DNA of 64,000 bases from contig JBEKBM010000014.1 in the NCBI GenBank assembly GCA_050015395.1, positions 16,029-80,028 of the forward strand, given 5' to 3'. Source of the stretch: Candidatus Bathyarchaeia archaeon. GTDB taxonomy: Archaea > Thermoproteota > Bathyarchaeia > Bathyarchaeales > Bathycorpusculaceae. The notes under the pieces were generated by a model, which was not told the origin of the DNA, did not search any database, and saw only the letters and a list, made by a program, of their open reading frames with translations. Of the stretch, positions 49,743-59,661 are shown in pieces. Within the stretch, counting starts at the first letter, position 1. Each line of letters opens with the position of its first letter. The translations under genes were made by a program, and so were the position numbers.

Positions 49743-51092
49743 ATGTCGCGTTTGTGGTTTGACAAGGGCACCCTCCTCTTGAAGGGGGAGGTTGGAACTC
49801 CATATGGTAAATGGGACCCCCGAAGCGGTTGTTACCGACTTAAGGCTAGCCACTACAAGGACGCCTTGGAATATTTTAAGGAAAGCAGAATCAGATACGA
49901 AGATGATGTTCCGAATCCTCCTCCTCTCGAACAATTAAAGAGTAACGTGGAGCTAAGGGCTTACCAAAACAAGGCTTTAGACAACTGGCGCCGCGCGGGC
50001 AACAGGGGAGTACTAGTTTTGCCCACAGCAGCCGGAAAAACATTCATCGCACTCAAAGCAATTGAGCTGCTCAGAACACAGACATTGATAATCGTTCCCA
50101 CTTTGGATCTAATTGACCAGTGGAGAAAGCGAGTGAGAGAATGCCTCGGCGTAGAAGCTGGCGTCGTAGGCGGAGGCGAAAACACCGTACGAATGGTGAC
50201 GGTTTCAACCTATGATTCCGCTTACTCTCAGGCAGCTCAGTTAGGTAACAAGTTTATGTTCTTGGTGTTCGACGAGGTCCATCATTTGGCTTCCCCAGGT
50301 TACATGCAAATCGGCGAAATGTACATTGCGCCCTACCGCATGGGCTTAACTGCCACCTACGAAAGAAGCGACCAGCGACATGCACTTCTTCCACTGATTG
50401 TAGGCGACCCAGTTTACTCTATCGACATTGAAGAACTCGCCGGAAAACACCTCTCACCCTACACGTACGAGAAAGTATTAGTCGAACTGACCCCTGAAGA
50501 GCAACAAACCTATGAAGCAGAGATGAGCGTCTTTAAAAACTATCTTCGCCAAAGACGAATCGTCCTTAAAAGCGCTGCTGATTTTCAAAGGTTCATAATG
50601 ACTACTGGCAGAGACCCACATGCCCGAGAAGCGCTTCTCGCTCGAAACCGCGCTCTAAGAGTTGCAGTTAACTCCGAGGCAAAGCTCAACCTGTTAGCGC
50701 AAAGACTTGAAGCATACAAATACGAGAAGATTCTGATTTTCACGCTCTACAACGACTTAGTCTACACGATTAGTAGGCGTTTTCTGATTCCAGCCGTTAC
50801 GTATCAAACCCCGAGGGAGGAGCGCCGCGAGATATTGGTCAACTTCGGAAACGGCAAGTACAAAGTTATAGTTACTTCTCAGGTTCTGGACGAGGGCATG
50901 GATGTTCCAGACGCGTCAGTCGGCTTAATCCTAGGCGGAACCGGAAGCACGCGGGAGACCGTGCAACGACTAGGGCGGCTCCTCAGAAAGAAAGAGGGTA
51001 AAACTGCCAAGCTAGTGGAGATAATCTCCAAGGAAACCGTGGAAGTTGGCATCAGCCGCAGACGGCGCCTAAAAACTGGAGAGGCATCATAG
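49743..51092 (+). CDS. xpb: XPB/Rad25-like SF2 helicase
   Basis: LRAYQ, LPTAAGKT, DEVHH, GLTAT, LDEGMDVP and QRLGRLLR. Confidence 0.9.
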   Translation: MSRLWFDKGTLLLKGEVGTPYGKWDPRSGCYRLKASHYKDALEYFKESRIRYEDDVPNPPPLEQLKSNVELRAYQNKALDNWRRAGNRGVLVLPTAAGKTFIALKAIELLRTQTLIIVPTLDLIDQWRKRVRECLGVEAGVVGGGENTVRMVTVSTYDSAYSQAAQLGNKFMFLVFDEVHHLASPGYMQIGEMYIAPYRMGLTATYERSDQRHALLPLIVGDPVYSIDIEELAGKHLSPYTYEKVLVELTPEEQQTYEAEMSVFKNYLRQRRIVLKSAADFQRFIMTTGRDPHAREALLARNRALRVAVNSEAKLNLLAQRLEAYKYEKILIFTLYNDLVYTISRRFLIPAVTYQTPREERREILVNFGNGKYKVIVTSQVLDEGMDVPDASVGLILGGTGSTRETVQRLGRLLRKKEGKTAKLVEIISKETVEVGISRRRRLKTGEAS

Positions 51093-52661
51093 TTGCTTCC
51101 AAGTAACCTGCTGGTGGTGTGGAAGAGGAAAGGCGAGATCCTGCCCCGCTACGCCAAACTCTCCAATGACAATCTCGAAGTTGCAGGCGGCCTTATCGAA
51201 GCATACAAACAACATGTTGGAGAAAAAAAGAAAATCCTGAAAGCCGTAGTCACTGACCTTGAGAATAGAGGATACGAGTATCGCTTCGTTAGGGCGTTAG
51301 CTTTGCTGCTTGACCGAAAAGGCACATTCACCTGCAACAGCAAAATCAACCCCGTTGACTTAAGGAGAAAAATCTTTCAAGCAACAGAAAAGTCTGGTTT
51401 GCCCACAACTACAGAAAAACGACAAAGAATAATCGAGGCCGCCACTTCAGAAATGGCACTGACAACGGAAAACTTTGAGGAGTATCTGTACGCTGACTTA
51501 GATGATGAGTTAATTCTTGAAAAGTTTACCCCGCCCTCATCGTATGAGCTGCTGGAACAGTACAATCTTAGTCTGTCACAGACGCTTCTATTCGACTCCA
51601 CAGAACTGACTTTCACGGCTTCCGGCAGCTGGCAGAGCCTGTTTTATTTCGTGAAAAAACTGGGTCTAATTTACGAGGTTTACCGCGATAATGGTTTGTG
51701 GGTGAAAATAGACGGCCCAGCCAGCCTCTTCAAGCTCACAAGAAGATATGGAATTAGCATAGCTAAGCTTCTTCCCATAATCGTCGCTAACCCCGAATGG
51801 GCCGTCACCGCAAGGATACTGTGGAAGTACACAAACGAAATCTGCAACTTCAAAATCGAAAGCCAAAAGCATGGCGCACTGTTTAAAAAGCCTAATTTAC
51901 CGCCTGAAACCTACGATAGTGCTGCTGAAGAGAGCTTTGCTCTACAGTTTCAAGCTGTGAAGTCTGGTTGGACTTTGAAAAGAGAACCTGAACCTGTTCC
52001 CGCGGGAACCCAGGTGATAATACCTGATTTTTCCCTTGAAAGAGCCGGCGTCAAAATCTATTTGGAGATTGTGGGGTTCTGGACTGAAGAATACTTGCTG
52101 CGAAAAGCAGAAAAGCTAAAGCAAGTAGAGGCAAAGATGCTTCTGTTGGTCGATGAAGCTTTGGCATGTGAGAAGCTCGCTGCGCTGGAGAAGCGACCGC
52201 AATTGAACTTCATTTATTATCACGACAAAATTCCCCTCGCTTCAATTCTGCGTTACTTGGAAACCGCTTTCGAAGGAGTCAAAGCTAGGGAGATTAAATT
52301 CTTAGAGAACCTCCAAGTTAAATTTACGGAGCCAGTTGTCTCCTACGACGAATTTGCCGCTAGAATCGGCATTTCCACAGAAGCCGCCAAAGCGGTTCTA
52401 ACAGTTAATCCTCCTTCAGGTTACGTGGCAATGCCTAACATTCTAGTGAGTAAAGAAAAGCTAATTCAAATCAACAATCGAATCGAAGAATGCCTAAAAC
52501 AATCAGGAAAGTTACCACTTATCGAAGCAATAAGAGTTATTGAAGCTGAGGGAGTAAGTGACGCGTCCTGCGCCTTAACTCAACTCGGCTATAAAATTAC
52601 CTGGCGCGGAATAAACAGCGAACAAGCTGAGGTCTCCAAGACTTCAACGGTGAGGAAGTAG
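51093..52661 (+). CDS. bax1: Bax1/DUF790 endonuclease
   Basis: MLPSNLL, LYADL, IDGPASLF...RYG, YDS..E..F and IPDF...YLEIVGFWT..YL..K; directly follows xpb. Confidence 0.88.
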   Translation: MLPSNLLVVWKRKGEILPRYAKLSNDNLEVAGGLIEAYKQHVGEKKKILKAVVTDLENRGYEYRFVRALALLLDRKGTFTCNSKINPVDLRRKIFQATEKSGLPTTTEKRQRIIEAATSEMALTTENFEEYLYADLDDELILEKFTPPSSYELLEQYNLSLSQTLLFDSTELTFTASGSWQSLFYFVKKLGLIYEVYRDNGLWVKIDGPASLFKLTRRYGISIAKLLPIIVANPEWAVTARILWKYTNEICNFKIESQKHGALFKKPNLPPETYDSAAEESFALQFQAVKSGWTLKREPEPVPAGTQVIIPDFSLERAGVKIYLEIVGFWTEEYLLRKAEKLKQVEAKMLLLVDEALACEKLAALEKRPQLNFIYYHDKIPLASILRYLETAFEGVKAREIKFLENLQVKFTEPVVSYDEFAARIGISTEAAKAVLTVNPPSGYVAMPNILVSKEKLIQINNRIEECLKQSGKLPLIEAIRVIEAEGVSDASCALTQLGYKITWRGINSEQAEVSKTSTVRK

Positions 52662-52938
52662 TCAGTCCAGTAGTTTACCTGTCCGCTACTTGAGAACTGG
52701 AAAATTCCACGGCAAAGAAAATTCTGCTAGAAGCTCAGACGACCTTAGCAATTATGAACATAATGGCGGTTCATAATGTTTACGTGCATGCAAATCTAGT
52801 TCTTTGCTTTTTTCAAAATTTGAGCCACACCACGGGCATTCAAAATTCTCTTTCATAATACCATCAAACTAACTAAAACTGTTTTGTTTTTAAATTTGTG
52901 TGTGTGGCTATTGGATACAACAATTCTTCAATCTAAGA

Positions 52939-53215
52939 TTGACACTCTCCCAGACTAAGGCTGGGGGATTCTTGCTTCCTCAACTAAAACTTGTTCCGTT
53001 TTAAACGGAATAGAGGTTTTAATTTCTGCAAGCGTTCTCGCACCCGATTAGGGGTGGATGGTTCGGGTATGCCCCACCCTACCACCTCTAAACCACGATG
53101 CTTAATGTTCCTAGCCGCGTTATAGTCCCGTAGCATAACCGCCCCCGCCCCACAAAACCGACACCTATGTATCCGCTCCGAAAGAGCTTTAAACCCAGTT
53201 CTACCGCACACACGA
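52939..53215 (-). mobile_element. tnpB: IS200/IS605-family remnant: TnpB C-terminus plus right end
   Basis: LSERIHRCRFCG...RDYNAARNI (TnpB zinc ribbon/RuvC III), then GAAGCAAGAATCCCCCAGCCTTAGTCTGGGAGAGTGTCAA (hairpin and TCAA end) on the minus strand. Confidence 0.8.
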
Positions 53216-53294
53216 ATATGCCTGCGCCTATGGCAGCGATGCCTATAGCCACTGAATTCCAAAACCCAAGTACGCGGCGCAGATCTTTGCCCAT
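53216..53294 (-). pseudogene. 5' remnant of an APC-family amino-acid permease
   Basis: MGKDLRRVLGFWNSVAIGIAAIGAGIF is a typical APC N-terminus, cut off by the TnpB fragment. Confidence 0.65.
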
Positions 53295-53545
53295 AACTAT
53301 TCATTTAAGGATTGTTGAATTAAAATTTCACCTTTATCGAAAAATTATGAGTTCCGGATCACAAAAATCTCGTCGAAGAATTGAAGGATTTGTTGACTAT
53401 GTTTAAAAGGGTCTCACAAACCTGTGAGTTTTGGTTAAGGCAGATGCATACCACGTAGATCCAATTTGACTAAATCCTACAAATAGCAAAACACTAATTT
53501 GTTAATTTTCTAAAATAATAAAGTTGCCAGCAAATCGGGAAAGCT

Positions 53546-53567
53546 TCTCCCTGTAAACCTGAATCGC
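53546..53567 (-). repeat. Short third copy of the lysK 3'-end sequence
   Basis: TCTCCCTGTAAACCTGAATCGC vs TCTCCTTGTAAACCTGAATCGC at 55525-55546 (21/22 identical). Confidence 0.7.
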
Positions 53568-53590
53568 TCTAAGTACCCGTTTATTGGTCA

Positions 53591-53914
53591 CTATTCATTG
53601 TTCTTGATTTCAACAAATATTTTTCCGTTTTCAATTTTGCATCGATAGCAATCCAAAGTTACTTGCGGGATTTCCTGGTATTGCCCATTTCGAACATCAA
53701 ATTTCCAACCGTGACAGGGACACATAACAAGGTAATCTTTCAGAATTCCTCCTTCAAAAGAGCAACCCTCATGCGGACAACGATTTGATACCCCAAAAAC
53801 CGCTCCGCCTTGCCGTACCAGCAAAATAGGCCTGCCCTTAACACGCACAGGCTTCATGTGGCCTTCCTTGAGTTCACTCTCTTTAATTGAGGACACAAAA
53901 CCATCCTTGCTCAT
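53591..53914 (-). CDS. Rieske [2Fe-2S] ferredoxin
   Basis: CPH...CPCHGWKFD. Confidence 0.9.
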   Translation of the reverse strand: MSKDGFVSSIKESELKEGHMKPVRVKGRPILLVRQGGAVFGVSNRCPHEGCSFEGGILKDYLVMCPCHGWKFDVRNGQYQEIPQVTLDCYRCKIENGKIFVEIKNNE

Positions 53915-54156
53915 ACTTCCCGCCTCCCAATACCTTTCTTGCTAAAGTTCAAAAACCTTGTCTATACTTTACATGCCCACTCATATTAAAAAAGGAATAT
54001 TTACGAATAACAACGCCTAAACCTAACTCCCGCGTCCTTCCAAGAATCCATCTCCACCAGTAGCAAAGCAACTACATAAAATCGTTAAATATGAAAACTT
54101 TAATAACTAAAAACTACTTTATCAGGAAATCATTCCAACGTTGAAGGGAAGATGAT

Positions 54157-55077
54157 TTGAAAAAGATAATAACTATTGTAATTATTGCAGCTTTAGTTTT
54201 AGCTGCGTTTAGTATGTTGTCTACGCAAAGTGTGAAAGCAGGCACATCTGAAGTCAGTGTTCTTTCTCACAGCTGGTATGTTGCCCCATCAAACACTGTT
54301 CTGGCATCAGAACATGGCGATTTGATCGTCGTCGGTGAAGTAGAGAATGTGGGTTCAAACATCATAGGAAACGTAACTGTCGAAGGCACTGCTTTCAGTT
54401 CCACCGAACAGAAGTTGGCCACAACTACCACCCAAGCATTCGTGTATGACATGCGTCCTACTCAGAAAGCTCCGTTCTACTTGGACTTTACTGCTGCAAG
54501 CAGCGCTACAGACGACCTAAGCTGGGTCCCTTCAGTCAGCTCTGTCTCTGTTACAGTTACTTCCGTTACTGATACCACTGCCAGACAATATACAGGTTTG
54601 ACGATTCCATATGGCAGCTCTCCTTACCTCCCTGGCAATGGCAGCTACATTGTTGTAGGAACCATTGTGAACACTGGCAACCAAGTGGCTCAACATCCCT
54701 GGGTCGTTGCAACATTTTATAACAGTAGCGGGACAGTTATAGGTTTGAATTACACGGATTATTTAGCTAGCTCGATGGCCCCTGGCGGCGCAGTAGAATT
54801 TTTCGCAACACCCGCAGATGACACATCTCAATTAACAAGTGAAATAGCAAATTACACATTAATGGTTGATACATTAACCTTGACGAATTCTGCATCATCA
54901 CAGCCTACTTCTTCTCCCACCCCTCCACCTTCAACATCAACAGTACAATTCCCAACATTGCCCATAGTAATCGTAGTAGTGATCGTTGTAGTTGTCATCG
55001 CCGCTTTGATGTTACTAAGAAAACGCCAAAAACTACCTCCACCACCCCCACCGCCACCCTCACCGCCAATGCCCTAA
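54157..55077 (+). CDS. Secreted membrane-anchored protein with two FxLYD-like Ig domains and a polyproline tail
   Basis: Signal peptide, VVGEVENVG / VVGTIVNTG...ATFYNSSG repeats, S/T/P linker, C-terminal TM, then RKRQKLPPPPPPPPSPPMP. Confidence 0.8.
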   Translation: MKKIITIVIIAALVLAAFSMLSTQSVKAGTSEVSVLSHSWYVAPSNTVLASEHGDLIVVGEVENVGSNIIGNVTVEGTAFSSTEQKLATTTTQAFVYDMRPTQKAPFYLDFTAASSATDDLSWVPSVSSVSVTVTSVTDTTARQYTGLTIPYGSSPYLPGNGSYIVVGTIVNTGNQVAQHPWVVATFYNSSGTVIGLNYTDYLASSMAPGGAVEFFATPADDTSQLTSEIANYTLMVDTLTLTNSASSQPTSSPTPPPSTSTVQFPTLPIVIVVVIVVVVIAALMLLRKRQKLPPPPPPPPSPPMP

Positions 55078-55465
55078 CAGTTTCCAAACCCATTCCTTTT
55101 TCTTTTCATATCATATTCCTGTCTTCATGAAGCTCCAGTAATTAGGCGAACACATATGCCAGAAATGCGATTGCAATTGAGAGCATGCTTAAGGATCTCA
55201 TAGTACCCAATTTTCGCATAAAGTTTTAACCAATACTGCTACCCGCTCCTTACTGCTTTCTATTTTCAAACGGCATTAGGTCGCTAAACGCAAGAAATAC
55301 AAAAACATAAATGCCGTAGGTTTTATAACGCTTTTTTCAAAGCTGGTGTTGCATAGGTACCAACCAATCCCTGTTGAAAGCGGTAAAAATTTTGGTATGG
55401 GTACCAATAACAAGTATGGGGGAATACTAATTACATTTTCTTCAGAAAGTAACGCAATGACGAAT

Positions 55466-56599
55466 TTAGGTTGCCTGTTGATTTCCATTCCTATTATTAT
55501 GCAGTTCAGATAATCTAAGGATTGTCTCCTTGTAAACCTGAATCGCATCCAAATACTCACTTATCTCAATATGCTCATCCAAGGTGTGATCAAGATGTGA
55601 GTCACCTGGACCATAAGTGACTATTGGCAAGTTCATGGCTTTGCCAAGGATGTTCATGTCGCCGGTGCCTGTTTTGCGCAGAAGCGTTGCAGGCTTGTTC
55701 AGCACTTTTCTAACAGACGAAGACAGGACATGCACTATTGGCGAAGTCTTGTTAACTTCGAACGGCTCAACGGTGTCTAGAACGGTTGCTTTCACTGCAA
55801 CCTTTGGATTGGCAGCTTGGTACTTCGCAATTATCTTCTCTATCTGCTCAAAAACCTGAGCCGTGGTAAACTGTATTGGCACTCGAACGTCAAGGTGCAT
55901 CTCAGCCTCAAAGGGAACAACAGACGTTGCTCTGCCACCCATAACTTTAACCAAACATGCCGTAACCGCATTAAATGGGCTTTCCGAAGGATCCAACGAC
56001 GGATATGAAGAAGCATTTTTAATTAGTCCCCAAACCTCATACGCTTTCTCCAAGGCATTATCGTAAAGCCAAGGCGTAGAAGAATGCCCCGTCTCAGTTT
56101 TGCAAACGATTTTGAGCTGGATTTGCCCTTTGTAGCCAATGGTTACGTTCTCAACGCCGCTGGGTTCACCGAAAATAGCGTAGTCAGCCTTAATTCCCTG
56201 AGTTATCAGATGCTTCACACCACGGCTGGTAGCTTCCTCTTCCACAACACTGGCAACCAAAATTTTACCCTTAAACTCAGGCTCCTTAGCAGCCGAGACT
56301 GCAGCCATAATCATTGCGGCAAGCGGACCTTTCGCGTCCACGGCGCCTCGAGCGTAGATTTTGCCTTCTTCAATCCGAAGCGGCAGATGCCCAGCCACCG
56401 TATCCATGTGCCCGCATAATAGGATGACTGGTTCGCCCTCGCCGACAACGCCTATAACGTTTCCGATGGCGTCTTTGCCAACCTCAAAACCCATCCGCTT
56501 CATTTCATAAGCTAGGAAGTTGGCTGCGTCCTCTTCTTTTCCTGAAGGACTGTAAATGCCCAGAAGGTTAGTTAGGAACCGTACTGCTTGCTCGCTCAT
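55466..56599 (-). CDS. lysK: [LysW]-lysine/[LysW]-ornithine hydrolase (M20)
   Basis: GHMDTV, RGAVDAKG, VVEEE, GEPS and YGPGDSHLDH; start set at the ATG at 56599. Confidence 0.92.
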   Translation of the reverse strand: MSEQAVRFLTNLLGIYSPSGKEEDAANFLAYEMKRMGFEVGKDAIGNVIGVVGEGEPVILLCGHMDTVAGHLPLRIEEGKIYARGAVDAKGPLAAMIMAAVSAAKEPEFKGKILVASVVEEEATSRGVKHLITQGIKADYAIFGEPSGVENVTIGYKGQIQLKIVCKTETGHSSTPWLYDNALEKAYEVWGLIKNASSYPSLDPSESPFNAVTACLVKVMGGRATSVVPFEAEMHLDVRVPIQFTTAQVFEQIEKIIAKYQAANPKVAVKATVLDTVEPFEVNKTSPIVHVLSSSVRKVLNKPATLLRKTGTGDMNILGKAMNLPIVTYGPGDSHLDHTLDEHIEISEYLDAIQVYKETILRLSELHNNRNGNQQAT

Positions 56600-57779
56600 T
56601 TTCCTCTTCCCCCAAAACCTCATCCAGAACCGAGACTGCCCGATCGATCTGTTCTTTCTCAATCACCAAGGGCGGCAACAGTCGAACCACGGTTCTTCCA
56701 GCATCCAGCACCAAAACACCTTTTTCCGCCGCTTTAAGAATTACGTTGTGAACATCGAAGCGCAGTTCCATGCCAAGCATTAATCCTAAGCCGCGAACTT
56801 CCTTGATGATTTTATGCTTAGCCTGCAAGCCTTCCAGCTGAGCCTTGAAATACTTGCCCATAACGGCTGCTCGGTCAGTGAGTTTTTCTTCTACAAGCGC
56901 ATCTATGGCGGCGCATCCTGCGGCACAAACCAGCGGGCTTCCACTGAAAGTGGTCGAGTGTTCACCTACTTTAAGCGCTGACATAATGTTCTCCTTGGCA
57001 ACGGTTATGCCGATTGGTAAGCCGCCTGCAAACGGTTTCGCCAAACACATAACATCGGGCGTAACACCCCAGTTCTGGCACCCGAACAGTTTGCCCGTGC
57101 GCCCGAAACTGGTTTGCACTTCATCAAAGATTAACAAAACATTCTTTTCATCGCAGATTTGCCGCACTGCCTGCAAGTAACCGTCAGGTGGAACGCGAAC
57201 GCCGCCTTCACCGCGGATTGGCTCCATCAAGACTGCGGCTGTTTTCTCAGTTATGACTTCACGGATTTTATCGGCGTTGTCAGGGGCTACATGCTTGAAC
57301 TCGGGAACAAGCGGCATGAAAGGCTCGCGGTATTTCTTGTCCCATGTTGCTGATAAGGCTCCCATGGTTTTGCCATGAAAAGCACCCATCAGAGCAATTA
57401 TTTCTGGTTTGCCCGTGTATTTGCGGGCTAGTTTTATAGCGCATTCGACGGATTCGGCTCCACTGTTTGAAAGGAACGCTTTGTCTAAGCCTTTCGGCGT
57501 TATCTGCACAAGTTTTTGTATGAATTCTGCTCGTTTGTCGTTGTAGTAGCCGCTGTGACATGTAATAAGCTGCTCTGCCTGAGCTTGGATGGCTGCTACA
57601 ACTTTTGGGTGGCAATGCCCCAGTAACGCTACGCCGTAGCTGCTTGAACAATCCAAGTATTCTTTGCCATTTATGTCCCAGACAAGCGCGCCTTTGCCTT
57701 TTGTTAGTACGATTGGTTTTTTGGAGAAAACATTCGCCATGAACCGATTTTCAATATCCATTATGTCTTTGTCATTCAC
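56568..57779 (-). CDS. lysJ: [LysW]-aminoadipate/glutamate semialdehyde transaminase
   Basis: NSGAES, FHGKT, EPIRGEGG, DEVQT and AKPFAGG; class III aminotransferase. Confidence 0.93.
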   Translation of the reverse strand: MNDKDIMDIENRFMANVFSKKPIVLTKGKGALVWDINGKEYLDCSSSYGVALLGHCHPKVVAAIQAQAEQLITCHSGYYNDKRAEFIQKLVQITPKGLDKAFLSNSGAESVECAIKLARKYTGKPEIIALMGAFHGKTMGALSATWDKKYREPFMPLVPEFKHVAPDNADKIREVITEKTAAVLMEPIRGEGGVRVPPDGYLQAVRQICDEKNVLLIFDEVQTSFGRTGKLFGCQNWGVTPDVMCLAKPFAGGLPIGITVAKENIMSALKVGEHSTTFSGSPLVCAAGCAAIDALVEEKLTDRAAVMGKYFKAQLEGLQAKHKIIKEVRGLGLMLGMELRFDVHNVILKAAEKGVLVLDAGRTVVRLLPPLVIEKEQIDRAVSVLDEVLGEEENERASSTVPN

Positions 57780-58590
57780 TAGTTATCACTGTACCAACCT
57801 TATGATTCAAAGCACAACTAATAGGCTGATTTCCCGTGCCCGCGGTAACTAAGACTTCCTTGACGCCCTGGTTTAAAGCTTCTAGCGCCGCGTGGACTTT
57901 GGTGCTCATGCCTTGCCCAATGCTTGACATGACTTCTTTAACCTCAGTTGCGCTAATTTTTGGAACGCACTCGCCCTTGAGCATTAAGCCCGCCACGTCG
58001 GTGAGCAGGATTAAGCGGTCTGCTTTAAGGGCGCCCGCGATTATGGCGGCTGTTCGGTCACCGTCCACGTTGAGCGGTTCAAAATCTTGGCTAAGCGCTA
58101 TAGGCGTCACAATTGGCACGTAGCCTTTTTCAAGCAGAAGGTTTAGCAGTTCAGAGTTAACTTGAGTTATTTTTCCAGTATAGCCACCATCGATAACTTT
58201 TTTTCTGCCCCGTTCGTCGATGTGGATGAGTTTGGTTTTTCGTTCAGCTTTCAAGGTTGCCGCATCTAAGCCAGTTATGCCTACAGCTTGGATGCCTTGG
58301 CTTTGCAATGCTAAAACGATTTGCTTGTTGATTTTGCCTGCCATAACCATAGTGTAAATCTCAATTGTTTCTTTGTCGGTGTAGCGGCTTCTGAACCCTT
58401 CTGGCGAAATTATGAATTTTTGTTCTTTGCCAAGTTTAGAGGCGATTTCGGTGACTTCTACGCCTCCGCCGTGCACAAGGATGACCTTGTTGTCTTTGGC
58501 TACGTCTTTTAGGTCGGCGACTAAATCTTGCGATGCGCCCTCTTTGAGTATGCTTCCACCTATCTTAATTACAAGCAGCATAGCTATCAC
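57772..58590 (-). CDS. lysZ: [LysW]-aminoadipate/glutamate kinase
   Basis: VIKIGG, VHGGG, SRYTD, GGYTGKI and LNVDGDR; the start may be 58581. Confidence 0.93.
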   Translation of the reverse strand: MIAMLLVIKIGGSILKEGASQDLVADLKDVAKDNKVILVHGGGVEVTEIASKLGKEQKFIISPEGFRSRYTDKETIEIYTMVMAGKINKQIVLALQSQGIQAVGITGLDAATLKAERKTKLIHIDERGRKKVIDGGYTGKITQVNSELLNLLLEKGYVPIVTPIALSQDFEPLNVDGDRTAAIIAGALKADRLILLTDVAGLMLKGECVPKISATEVKEVMSSIGQGMSTKVHAALEALNQGVKEVLVTAGTGNQPISCALNHKVGTVITSE

Positions 58591-59642
58591 ATCGGATGGA
58601 AACCAGTACTCTTTAGCCCAGTTGTCTCATCAATGCCCATTAGAATGTTCATGCATTGTACGCCTTGACCTGCTGCACCTTTGGTCATGTTGTCGAGGGC
58701 TGAGAAAAGCAAAAGCCGATTCGCATGCTCATCTATCTCGAAGCCGATGTCACAGTAGTTTGTGCCCATGGTCACTTTCGGATCAGGCAACTGATACGGC
58801 CCCTTCTGATATTTCACCAAGCGTATGAACGGTTCACTGCCATATTGTCCGCGGAGAGCTTTCCAAATGTCTTTGCTGGTTATGGGTTGTTTGGGGAAAG
58901 TGTAGATAGTGGCGAGGATACCGCGTACCATGTTTACAGCATGCGGAGTGAACGAGATTTTTACGTGTTCATTAGTTAACGCGTTAAGTTCCTGCTCTAC
59001 CTCGGCGATGTGGCGGTGCCCAACGACCTTGTAGGGTCGCACTCCGCTAAACCGCTCTGGATGATGCGATGAGATGGAGGGTTTGCTGCCGCCGCCGGAA
59101 GAACCAACTTTTAGGTCCACTACGATTTTGTCTTTGTCAACAAGCCCAGCTTTCACTATAGGCGCTAAGCCCAAAATGGCGGATGTCGCCATGCAGCCTG
59201 GACAAGCAACGAGCTTAGCGTTCTTTATTTCTTCCCGATGAAGTTCTGGCAGGCCGTATGCCGCTTCTTTGAGCATTTCTGGGTGGGCATGTTTCCAGCC
59301 GTAGTAAGTTTCGTAGTCGGCTGGGTTTTTGAGGCGGAAGTCAGCGCTCATGTCGATTACTTTTAAGCCTACCTCTAAAAGTTTAGGAACTAAATTAACT
59401 GAGCCTCCGTGTGGGGTTGCGGTGAAGATTAAGTCACAGTTTTTCTGCAACTCAGCCATATCTTGAGGAACAAATTTTAGCTGTGTCAATCCTCGCAGGT
59501 TAGGGTGTACGTTGAAGACGTATTCTCCTACGCTTTGGCGTGAAGTAACCGTAGTTACCTCTGCTTGCGGATGAAGAAGCAACAGCCGCAGGAGTTCGCT
59601 GCCAACGTATCCTGAACCGCCGATTATTCCAATTCTCAACAT
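58587..59642 (-). CDS. lysY: [LysW]-aminoadipyl/glutamyl-phosphate reductase
   Basis: GGSGYVG, SADFRL, YGLPE, PGCMAT, HHPER and DNMTKGAAG. Confidence 0.94.
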   Translation of the reverse strand: MLRIGIIGGSGYVGSELLRLLLLHPQAEVTTVTSRQSVGEYVFNVHPNLRGLTQLKFVPQDMAELQKNCDLIFTATPHGGSVNLVPKLLEVGLKVIDMSADFRLKNPADYETYYGWKHAHPEMLKEAAYGLPELHREEIKNAKLVACPGCMATSAILGLAPIVKAGLVDKDKIVVDLKVGSSGGGSKPSISSHHPERFSGVRPYKVVGHRHIAEVEQELNALTNEHVKISFTPHAVNMVRGILATIYTFPKQPITSKDIWKALRGQYGSEPFIRLVKYQKGPYQLPDPKVTMGTNYCDIGFEIDEHANRLLLFSALDNMTKGAAGQGVQCMNILMGIDETTGLKSTGFHPM

Positions 59643-59661
59643 TGCTGTTTACCTTTTTTGA

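Noticed and set aside
49743-52661. Helicase-nuclease pair as a new defence system
   Set aside because: It matches the known archaeal XPB-Bax1 pair.
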